A stretch of 64,000 nucleotides of DNA from the human T2T-CHM13v2.0 reference genome, Homo sapiens. Position 1 is the stretch's first letter, and every line of letters starts with the position of its first letter. The stretch lies in the NCBI RefSeq assembly GCF_009914755.1, contig NC_060943.1. One strand, 5' to 3'. The notes beneath the pieces are model-generated. The model ran no database searches, was not told the DNA's origin, and saw only the letters and a list, made by a program, of their open reading frames with translations. Made by a program: the position numbers and the translations under genes. Positions 13,301 to 25,305 of the stretch are shown piece after piece.

Positions 13301-14689
13301 CACACTCTTAAATAATATGTCAGAGTACATCAGGAGTGAAATTAGGAAATACCTTAGACAACTGAAAATGAAAACAATGGCCAAAACTTTTGGAATGAGG
13401 CAAAAGCAGTAGGAGGAGGGAAATTTATATCTGTAAATGCTTATATTAAAGAAGAAAGATCTGACATCCACAGCCTAATTTTATTTTCATGAACTAGAAA
13501 AGGAGAATCTTACAGAAAGTGATTAGGAGGGAAATAATAAAGAGTAAAGTATTAATAAATAAAATAGAGAAGAAGAATACAAAGAAAATCAACCAAACCA
13601 AGAGTTGATTATTCTGAAAGACTAACAAAATTGTGAAAACTTTAGCAGGACTGACTAAAAAAGACTCAAGTAACTAAAAGTGGGGACATTATTACCCATT
13701 TTTACAGAGGTGAGCCACAGCGCCCAGCTTCATTTTTGTATAAGGTGTAAGGAAGGGGACCAGTTTCAATCTTCTGCATATGGCTAGCCAGTTATCCCAG
13801 CAGCACTTATTGAATAGGGAGTCCTTTCCCTGTTGTTTTTGTCAGTGTCATCAATGGCATGGTTTGGATGTGTCCCCACCCAAATCTCAGCTTGAATTGT
13901 ATCTCCCAGAATTCCCACATGTGGGAGGGACACCACAGAAAGTCAGAATTATTAATTAAAAGGGAAACAGAACTAAGAATTTTAAAAATTCACAGCCTAT
14001 CTACTTTGGAAAAAAAAATTAGAAAACCTGTTCTGGATAAAACAACGGTAGAGATAAGCAACTGATTTAGGAGATTAGTTTGGATTGGTCATGTCAACAG
14101 AAGCCAGGACCTGCTGTCCATTAACACTGGAAGAATGACCCCAAAGGCATCTAGGAGATCATAGAGGCTGCTCCTCCCAACACAGACCCAGAGTGCAAGG
14201 ACCTGGGAAGCAGAAGGGACCTTTGATGCCAAGTGCCCCTAACCTTTTAGGCTCAGTTCCCTGCATGCTACGATTGAGTGTGTCAATACATCTTATCTTT
14301 CGGGAAGGCAGAGTAGATCAAGGATACAGCTATAACTGGCATATGAATAGTGATCACTCAATTTTCAGAGAGCGGATGTTTGGCATCAAAAGTTTGGCAC
14401 AGTCACCTTATTTTTGTGTCTAAACAAAATTTTGAAAAGTTTTTAGTTTAGAAAAATAGGTAAACAGTAGACTCCATTTTTTTTAAAAAGAAGAATATTG
14501 GTTTATAGGCCAATGTATGTTTATAGGGAGAAAAAAAGTTACCTTCAAAAGAGCAGGTTTTTAGATGAATTGTTTCCTAATTTAGCTTTATACTATTATT
14601 ATTTTTTAACCAATGCCAGTTTTTAAATTGCTAACTATAATAAAGAAATTATGTTTCACCAAGAAATAAGAAGAAACTTAAAAAAAAAT

Positions 14690-14987
14690 TTTTAATTATT
14701 GAGGTATCTGTTGCCTAGGCTGGAGGGCAATGGTGGCATCATAGCTCACTGCAGCCTCAATCAAACTCCTGGGCTTCAGCAATCCTCCCACCTCAGCCTC
14801 CTGAGTACTTGGAACTTGTAGTCCCAAGATCAGGCCACCATGCCTGACCAGTTAAAAAAAAATTTTTATACAGACGAAGTCTCCCTGTATTTCCCTGTCT
14901 GGTCTCCAATTCCTGAGCTCAAGGGAACGTCCTGCCCTGGCCTCCCAAAGGGTTGGCATTACAGGTTTGAGCCACTGCGCTTGGCCA
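14690..14987 (-). mobile_element. AluJ-like
   Basis: Diverged antisense Alu. Confidence 0.85.
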
Positions 14988-15479
14988 GGAAGAAAACTCT
15001 TTATAAGACATGCTCCTTCACCTATAGAATCCTCCCGTTTTACTGCATTTACAATCTCAATGTAAGATTGATACCAATGCCTAGCTCTTCATCAGTCATT
15101 ATTGCTCTGAGGTACTGAGCAATTCACTACATTCGCTGAAATTTGATGTTTCTACATCTAAGGAGAAATATGAATACCATGAAAAGTTTATGGGAAGATA
15201 GCTATTCCATGACGACACCGCTTCTCCACTAGTAGCTGTGATCTTAAATGGGGGTGGCTTTTCCTGCCAAACCAGTGGTCCCACAGCTTCTGGAGTAGGG
15301 GCTGGTGTCTTCCTGCTCCTCATTGCCCCTGCCAAACCATTCCACCTGGCTCATCCTTTAAACCGTTAGTTTTAACCTCCCATTGTCAGATTATCCTAAT
15401 CCTTGAAGATTTTATCTCCTCGTTTGTTCTCTTCCCAATAACACTCCTGTCATCGTGGGAGGCGTTTAGACTTCAGGAA

Positions 15480-16600
15480 TTCCTGTCTATACACTATTTT
15501 CGCTCAAAGACTCAGGAAGAGAGACGGACGACTCACAGGGTCACAGTCCACATTCCCCACCAGGCGCTCAGAGATATGGAATACGTTCCCGGTGGGCACT
15601 GCGGTGTGTGTAGTCAAGGACCACCGCGGAGTCCAACGCTTCCCGCTGAAGAGTGAGATTATAGACATTTTCCTTTGGCATTGGAGGAAGCGGAGTCCAG
15701 ACACACTCTGAGTCGCGGGCAAGTTGGCTCAGGCGGGTGGACGAGTGAATTCTGGGAACTGTAGTCCATCAACTTCATGGAATGGCGGACCCTTTGGCTC
15801 AAGCAGTTGAACCGGGGAATTCTGGGAAGTGGAGTCCAGACGCTCTGTGGAGACGCGAGCACTTCCGGTGTGTGAGCCTGCGGTTGCTACATAACCGCGT
15901 AGTTTGAGCCATTTCTGCGTCTGGCGGGTCCTTCTGAACTTGTCACCTTCGCTTGGGGTCGCAACGACCCGATGATCGATGATCCAAGCAAGGGAAAAGA
16001 AGCCTTGGCGGAGAGCGGAGGTTTGGTGGGGGCGGGGAATGGGGTTTTTTTCCCGTCCACGGAAGCTTTCTGGGATGGGGGTGCTGTGCTCGCATCCCGG
16101 GGGTTGGAATTGGCGGGGTCCTCTGTGCCCTGCTGTGAGCGTTTCCAGGACTTTGACCTCGCTCAGCCTGCCTCTCTCCACCCTACCTGTGCGACCGCTT
16201 TCTCGCAGTGTGACGTGGAGTGTTACTCAATGTCCTTATACTTTCCATTGCTGTTTTTGGTAATGGGGACATTAGAACCATCCTAGTAGAATCGTTTTTG
16301 GGAACTGAAAGAGATAACGCAAATGAGAACCTTAAAGCAGTCCCTGTCACTTGGTGACTGGTGGTCTCTTGTTAACTTCCCGAAGAGGTCAGGTCCCCGG
16401 GTGGAGTCATAGCTTCAGCTGCAGGGGCCCTGGTCCTTCTCCCTAATCCCTGCAGGACGCTGGATGATCCCGGGAGGCCTTCTGACCTCTTTTTAGGAAA
16501 GCGAGTTGCGTCCGCTTCCACGAAGGGCGGGGAGCATTTAACTTTTATGGGGGACCGCGATGCAGTCAGGGTATTTCACAACTTTCGCCTTCCCCAGCCT
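15480..16600 (+). promoter_or_regulatory. ZNF230: CpG-island promoter and exon 1 of ZNF230 (donor GAG/GTTTGG after 16020)
   Basis: High CpG density; ZNF143/SBS-type motifs at 15750-15767 and 15820-15837; ETS motif ACTTCCGG 15861-15868; paralogous to 38127-38900. Confidence 0.85.
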
Positions 16601-17358
16601 GACCTTTCTAAAAGAGCTGCAGGGAGGGGACTTCTTGGCTACTGAGGGCAAATCTCTATGTGATTGGTCCTTGGCTTTTTTCCTTTATAGAGATGTTCAC
16701 CCAACCGAGAGTGTGTCCTCGGGAATGGGTGTTGATAATCATTAAGCCGTAATTGGTAACTTCATTCTAAGTGCTTTATACAAATAAATTTAGGCCACAC
16801 TGTGGCTCTGTGAAGTATTGCTTTTCTTTGTTTTAAAAATGAGAGTGAGACACAGGGTGCATAGCAGCCAACTAGTGAGAGGTAGAGCTGGGGTTGGCAC
16901 CTAGGCAGTCCAGGTCAGAGCCTGAGTTGATCACCTCTTGGATACATTCTCATTGAGGCAGAGGAACTAGCTGGACTCGTAGGGAAAGCAAGTTAGGACC
17001 TGATTGAAAGGACGTTGAGAGCAAGGCTCGTGGGCTTGGACGTCTAGGAATTTTTAAAAATTTCTCAACTATTTTGTTTCATGTTTTCCAAGTATTTCGT
17101 ACTGTTGTGGAACTGTATCATTGTGGAAAAGTCTGAAATAGGAGAAATGAGAGTAGAAAAAGTTTTTTAATTACCCATGTATCCAAGATGTAAAGGTAGT
17201 AACTGTTAAGCTTCTAATTGATTTCTTTTGTCTTTCTTTGTGTCTACTTCTATATTTGTTGATAAACATTTTTTTAAAAATTGTTATATTTTAATGTGTT
17301 TTCCCATATGTCTTTTAACTATAGAAAATTTTAAATATTGCTAATAGAGACTAAACTA

Positions 17359-17682
<324 letters not shown>

Positions 17683-17750
17683 TTATATAATGCTCAATTT
17701 TATTATTCCCATTATCCTTATGACTATTTCCTGATATCTAAAATATTTTT

Positions 17751-18050
17751 GCTGGGCGCGGTGGCTCACGCCTGTAATCCCAGCACTTTGGGAGGCCGAG
17801 GCGGGTGGATCACGAGGTCAGGAGATCGAGACCATCCTGGCCAACATGGTGAAACCCCATCTCTACTAAAAAAAAAAATACAAAAAATTAGCTGGGCATG
17901 GTGGCAGGCAGTTGTGGTCCCAGCTACTCCAGAGGCTGAGGCAGGAGAAAGGCGTGAGCCCGGGAGGCGGAGCTTGCAGTGAGCGAGATCGCGCCACTGC
18001 ACTCCAGCCTGGGCTAGGGAGCGAGACTCTGTCTCAAAAAAAAAAAAAAT
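17751..18050 (+). mobile_element. AluY/Sc-like
   Basis: gatcacgaggtcaggagatcgag and agcttgcagtg diagnostics; taaaatatttt TSD. Confidence 0.95.
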
Positions 18051-18472
18051 TAAAAACTAAAAACAAAATAAAATATTTTCATCTTTATATCATTTAAAAG
18101 CTATAGAAAAGTTGCAAAAATAGTATAAGGAGTTCTCATACTCTATCCAAATTTGCCAATTGTTTACATTTTTCCTGGTTGCTTTGTTGATGACCATCAG
18201 CCAAATACCACCAGGAACATAACTAACCAGAGACAGCTGATTATGGCTTTCTGCAGCAAGGAAGCCCACATACCATGGTAAATGTGGGGTGTGTTGGTAA
18301 GAGGTATTTAAGAAGGGATGGTATAGGGTTTCACATAACATGCTAGATAATATTAGATATTAAATAATATTGTTATCTATTACATATCAGATCTGTTAAA
18401 AGACTACTAGTAGTTGTAGTGTTACTCATTAGATAGTGTTGAATAGCATATTACCTAACATCCTGTTATCTA

Positions 18473-18868
<396 letters not shown>

Positions 18869-19994
18869 TCAAAGTCCAGTTTATGCATTGTCTTTAGTTG
18901 TCACATTCCACAGTTTCTTTAGTCTAGAAAGATTCCACAGTCTTTGTCTTTTATAAACATGGTGGTTTTTTTTTTTAATAGGAAAGTTATTTTGGAGAAA
19001 GATGTTCATTTGGAGTTTGATATATTTCATGTTTAGTTTCAGATTATGTATTGTTGGTAAGGATATTGCACAAGTGATGAGGTTTCCTCTTTATTGCAAC
19101 ATAATAGGGTTCACATGATGTGGTTTGTCCCTTCACTGGTGATCTCAACTGTGTTCACTTGGCCAAGATGATGCCTTTCAGATTTGTCCGCTGTAAAGTT
19201 ACCTTTTTTAAAAAAACTCAAGTTTCTTATTGGAAGGTACATTATTAGTGGGCATTCTACTAAAGATGAACTTCTAGTTCTCTTCATTTATTCATTTGTT
19301 TGTTCAAGTATAAATCTCCCAACAATATGGACTCAGAATTCAGTCTTATGAAGGTAAATGACATGTGGATTAGCAATTTTTTTTCAACTCTATTGAGGTA
19401 TATTTTACATAAAGCATTCACTCATTTCAGGAGTACAGTGATCTTTAGGAACTTTGTAAAGCGGAGTAACCATCATCATAATTCAGTTTAGTTATTTTTC
19501 ACCCTCAGTTGGACTCTGTGCCCATTTACAATTAAACCTCATTCTCACCCCAAATCTGGAGCAACCACTAACCTACTTTTCCTCTATGTATACATTTGCC
19601 TATTCGGACATTTCATATAAATGGAATCATCTAATCCATGGATTTTGGTGACTGGCTTCTTTCTCTTAGCATGTTTCCAAGGTTTGTGCATGTTGTTGCA
19701 TGGGTTGGTACTTCATTCCTTTTAATTTCCAAATTAGATTCCATTATATGGATATGCCATGATTTTTCTATCCATTTACCCAGAGGAAGGCATTTTGGTT
19801 GTGCACAGTTTTGGGGTTAGTATGAATAATGCTGCTGTGATCATTCATAATACATGTGCTTGTTGCTACACAGCCTCCCCAGCCACCATTTCATGTCTCT
19901 CTTTTGCTGTCTCTGGCATTTTCCAGGCACAATTCCACCTTCCTTTGTGCTCCATTACTCAAGACTCTGAAGACTCCAAAAAGTAGGAGGAAAA

Positions 19995-20009
19995 ATGACC
20001 ACATTCAAG
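19995..20009 (+). CDS. ZNF230: ZNF230 first coding segment (MTTFK) in exon 19927-20009
   Basis: ATG ACC ACA TTC AAG then GTGAGT; ttccag acceptor at 19926. Confidence 0.9.
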
Positions 20010-21705
20010 GTGAGTAGAGCTCACCTCTCTTGCTATTAAAATTCCATCTTATTGCTCATATTGTCATATATTTTTCTCTGTCTTGGGAAGACTCAAGGAG
20101 GAAATGGGCATTTGGGACCTGTTGTGTGCCAGTTGCTTCCTTTGTCTCTTTTTTGTTGACTTTGCATTTGGTTTTTGGTTTGGGTTTTGTTTTGTTTTTT
20201 ACTGTTACATTATGGAGTAGAAAAATTAGTAGGAATGAACAGTGCTCCCACTTCTTCACCTCCTTGCTCTCAAATTAGCCTGATTTTTCTTCTTGTGCTG
20301 TTCCTTGTACATTCATAACTGTATTTGTATTGATGATGGAGTTCCTTATGTCAAGAGTGCTCTATACACCAAGATAACATGTCCTTCTGGTTTTCTTCAT
20401 ACTTGTCCATCAGATAGTTAGTCCCCCTTTCTGTGGAGGCCCACATTGCGCATGTTGGCTCCATTTCTCTTAGATGCTCCAGGGACCCTCTGACCCACTT
20501 CACCCACCTCCTGAGTCCTCTGGCCCCAGGAATGAGCTATTATTTAAGGTGTCGCAATCAGCGGATCACACACCAAGCTCCTGTGTTTCCGTATTCTGTC
20601 CTTCTGTCTCAATCCATGCAGCCAGCTCACATCTGTGGAGGGGTGGCCTGTGTCCCGCTTATCATTCTGTCTTCTTTATAAATCATCAAGCTGCTGTCCA
20701 GCCTGCGCCCCCAGGCTGCCATCACAGCACTGGGCCAATTGCCCAGGATATAAGTGCTCCCCCTTTGCCAGTCCAGAGTTCTGTCAAATTGGACCCTGCT
20801 GGCTGCACCAATTCCATGGAACAGGTTCACTAGTTACAGACTTGGCGAGTCTACCATGAGAGAGCACACTCATGTATGACAAATTACATAAAGCAGATTT
20901 ATTACATGTAGGTAGCAAGGGACAACAGAAGCCTATGATCCACTGTGAGCCAGTCCTCCAAGGCTTAAGAAAGCTGCCTAGAGTGGGTGGAGTCACGACT
21001 GCACTTGCCCCATTTGCACCATAGCTGAGGCACCCCAAGAGGCAGCCTGTCCCAGGCTATATGCCTCAGGGGTAACATGACTTACTGAGCAGTTCCTCTC
21101 TAACTCAAGATATTATCTTTTATGGATTGGACTAGAACCAAAGAAGGCATAAAAAAAAATAAAAAGATGTTATCTTCCCTGGGAAGGACACTGCATAACT
21201 AGCACATTTATGGTTATTCTTGAGACCTATAAACAAGAAAGTGGGGAGAATGGATCCAAGGCTACTTTGAAAATAGTTACCTAAAACCTGTTAGTTTGGC
21301 AAATACTAAAGAAAAGTGATAGCATCCAGGGTTTGGGTCTGAGAGAGGAGGACAATAAGCCTCATCAAACAAGGTTGAGACTGAATTGCTCATTGTTGCT
21401 GGGGCAACTGGGGCAATTGGCAAAATTCATTGAAACCTATATAGGTGTAGCCCAGGATGCACCATTTGAAATCCTAAGGGGTTACTTACAAGGAGACTCA
21501 GTAAGTGCACAAAGTAAAAATACAGGAGGTCTTTTTCATGATTGCACTTCTGGTGGAGCTCAGGAAAATCACTGTCAGGATACAGACAGAATGAGTGGGA
21601 AATCTATAAGTTGACCTCCACTTCTCCTCTCCGCCTGCTCAATGCTGCTCCTCCCCCAGTAGTCCATGGTCATAGGATTGAGGTTATGTATCCTTGATGT
21701 TATAG

Positions 21706-21852
<147 letters not shown>

Positions 21853-21999
21853 TAATGGTACATCAGGCCTCAGGAGTGGCTTTGTATCCTAGAGTATTCA
21901 AGTTTGTGTATGCAGTGGGAACTTAAATTTCCAGTAAATTTTACCTTGATATTACCTAGAATGAATTGGTATTAAGCACATGACTTTGCATGTTCACAG

Positions 22000-22086
22000 G
22001 GCATCAACCATTCCACCCTTTCCACTTCCTAAGGGAAGAAAAGTTTTGGATGATGGAGACAGCAACCCAAAGAGAAGGAAATTCAG
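22000..22086 (+). CDS. ZNF230: ZNF230 KRAB-B-position exon (87 nt, 6 nt shorter than paralogs)
   Basis: cacag/GGCATCAACC ... AATTCAG/gtaaga; homologous to 4750-4842. Confidence 0.9.
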
Positions 22087-23183
22087 GTAAGAAGCAAGCA
22101 ACTGTGTGTCCTTGTACATGACTTTCTTTCCCATTTGTTTTACTTCTGACCATGCCCACTTATATCACCCTGATCTAAATTGCCCAATCTCTTTCCTGGT
22201 TTATTACAACCCCTTTCTGGCTGGTGGTCCTGTTCCCTCCCTTCCACCCTGACATCTATTTTCCCCCGAGCAGCCAAAATGATCCTTGGGAAATGCAAGT
22301 CAGTTTTCCACTCCTTGGTCCAAAAGCCTTTATGGTTTATTAATGTTATTAAAGTTACAACCTCTTTATTGGCTTTTAGAGACCCTGAGGTTTGTTCTTC
22401 ATCCCCTGCTGCCTCTTGGTACATCTGTCCTCTCGCCCTTGCATCATCTTTTCCAGCCACGTTGTCCTCCCTGCTGTTACTCTGTCCTGTCATGGACACT
22501 GTATTCCCTGTTGCTGGTAACAAATAACAGACTTCACAGATTAAACAACACTTTTGTTCTTTCTGACATGGGGAGGACGGTCTCCCACCCCTCACCCTCG
22601 AAAGGAGTGGCCAGCCACAACCCTAAATCATATTGTTTCACTATCCAGAGTGATCCAGAGTTGGCACCCTAACAAACAAAGACACTGTCCTCCCACATGA
22701 TATGTCAGGATCCTAGAGATTACCTCTCAGATGCTGAGGACAAAGTTCTGACTTCTTTTTACTTAGGGTAACTTCTATATAAGGATATACAACATAAACA
22801 CAGATATATAAACTATTGATTTTGTTATTGTTTTTCCTTAAATTTCCTTTTGATTTATATTTCACTATGAACATAATGTTTTAATTTAGTAATTTATCAT
22901 GCAAGATTTTTGACTGACCAGAAAATTCCTTAGAAATAGTAACAAATTAAATGTATATATTATATCAGTTTTTTAATGGAGTCTGTTATTTCCATCAAGG
23001 ATTTTACATATGAGACATGGTGTGGTTATAAATTGGTCACATACAAACCAGAAAACAAGATTCATGGGGAAAACATAAACTGAACATTCATTAAAGTTGA
23101 ATGCCATATCCTAAGTGTGAAATCTTAAAAACACCAAACAAAGGCTTCATTTGTCCACATCTCTTCATTCTGTGTCCTTATAG

Positions 23184-24379
23184 GCGGCAAGACTATTGCG
23201 GAAGCAGGACCACATGAAGACTGCCCTTGCCAGCAAATCTGGGAACAAACTGCAAGTGACTTAACCCAGTCTCAAGACTCCATCATAAATAATTCTCACT
23301 TCTTTGAACAAGGTGATGTCCCCTCCCAGGTTGAGGCAGGACTATCTATAATTCATACAGGACAGAAACCTTCACAGAATGGGAAGTGTAAACAGTCCTT
23401 CAGTGATGTTGCCATCTTTGATCCTCCTCAGCAGTTCCACTCAGGAGAGAAGTCTCATACATGCAATGAGTGTGGAAAAAGCTTCTGTTACATCTCAGCT
23501 CTTCGTATTCACCAGAGAGTTCACTTGAGAGAGAAACTCTCTAAGTGTGACATGCGTGGTAAGGAATTCAGTCAGAGCTCATGTCTGCAAACTCGTGAGA
23601 GAGTCCACACTGGAGAGAAACCATTCAAATGTGAGCAATGTGGGAAAGGCTTCAGATGTAGAGCGATACTTCAAGTTCACTGCAAATTACACACAGGAGA
23701 GAAACCTTATATTTGTGAGAAATGTGGGAGGGCCTTCATTCACGATTTCCAGCTTCAGAAACATCAGATAATTCATACTGGGGAGAAGCCGTTCAAATGT
23801 GAAATATGTGGTAAGAGCTTCTGCCTTAGGTCAAGTCTTAATAGGCATTGCATGGTCCACACAGCAGAGAAACTGTACAAATCTGAGGAGTGTGGAAAAG
23901 GCTTCACTGATAGCCTAGATTTGCATAAGCATCAGATAATTCACACAGGACAGAAACCGTACAATTGTAAAGAATGTGGGAAGAGCTTCAGATGGTCCTC
24001 ATATCTTTTGATCCATCAGCGAATCCACAGTGGAGAAAAACCATACAGATGTGAGGAGTGTGGGAAGGGCTACATTAGTAAGTCAGGTCTTAACTTGCAC
24101 CAGAGGGTCCATACTGGAGAGAGACCTTATAATTGTAAGGAATGTGGGAAGAGCTTTAGCCGGGCTTCAAGTATTTTGAATCATAAGAAACTCCACTGCC
24201 GGAAAAAACCCTTCAAATGTGAGGATTGTGGAAAGAGGCTTGTACACCGGTCTTTCTGTAAAGACCAACAAGGAGACCACAATGGAGAAAACTCATCCAA
24301 ATGTGAGGACTGTGGGAAGCGCTACAAGAGGCGCTTGAATCTGGATATAATTTTATCATTATTTTTAAATGATATGTAA
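23184..24379 (+). CDS. ZNF230: ZNF230 zinc-finger exon: 9 finger units (7 intact) plus 2 degenerate C-terminal units; protein 474 aa
   Basis: ORF 23525..24379 extends upstream in frame to the acceptor at 23183; 15+127+87+1196=1425 nt. Confidence 0.92.
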
Positions 24380-25027
24380 GTTGTACATATATATGGGATA
24401 TGGTATGAAATTTTAATATGTGTATATAATACGTAATGATCAAATTGATGTAATTAGTGTATTACCTTAAACAATTAACATTTCTTTGTTTTGGGAAAAT
24501 TCAAAATCCATTGTTCTAGCGATTTGAAAAGAAACAATAAATTATTGTTGATTATAGTCACCTTTGGTGCTTTAGAACACTAGAATGTATTTCTCCTATC
24601 TAGCAGTACTTATGTATCTTGTTACCCAATCTTTGGCTATCTCACCTAACCCCTACACTTCCCTGCTTCTAGAACCACTGTTTTACTCACTAATTCTATG
24701 AAATCAACTTTTTTAGCTTCCATATGTGTGTGAGGACAGTTAGTATTTATCTTACCTTGCTTAGCTTATATTGTTTAACATGTCCTCCAAAGCTCATCTA
24801 TGTTGCCACAAATGACACAATTTTGTTTTCTTTTTATGCCCAAAGAGTATTCTATTGTGTATATATGCCACCTTTTCTTCATTTATCTATTGATGGACAC
24901 ATAGGTGGGTTCCATATCTTAACTATTGTGAAGAATAGTGCTCCAATGAACATGGTAGTGTAGATATCTGATCCACATACTGATTTCCTTTGCTTTGGAT
25001 ATACTCAATAGTGGGATTGCTAGATCA

Positions 25028-25305
25028 CTCGAATCTTATGCCTCAGAGGCTTGACACAAGAGCAAAACTATGGAAGTGTGGCTAGGGTGATATGGCTTCA
25101 TACCACCTCAGGCCTCAAGTCCTCAACTGCACCAGAGTGTCCACGTTGGACAGAATCCTTAGTAATGAGGTGTGTGATAAAGTCTCTGCTCAGTTGTCTA
25201 TAATCTCATTTGAGAGTTCACAAAGGGGCAAAACATTAAAAAGAGGCATATGGTAAGCACTTCAGTGTGTGTTTATATCATAATTTATCACAGTCCATAC
25301 TGATA
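25028..25305 (+). pseudogene. Orphaned, decayed finger units downstream of ZNF230
   Basis: Homologous to 11835-12120 (caccagagtgtccacgttggacagaatcc; gttcacaaaggggcaaaa). Confidence 0.7.

Noticed and set aside
15000-15700. Divergent antisense lncRNA from the ZNF230 promoter (and likewise ZNF222)
   Set aside because: Plausible for SBS/ETS promoters, but exons cannot be supported from sequence alone
15729-16286. 100-150 aa ORFs over the ZNF230 CpG island
   Set aside because: GC-rich, stop-poor sequence; they run through the exon-1 donor and are not preserved in the ZNF222 copy beyond the 42-nt segment
22140-22672. Overlapping 115-151 aa ORFs in a ZNF230 intron
   Set aside because: No domain signal; frames are not conserved in the paralogous introns at 4900-5300 and 40410-40850
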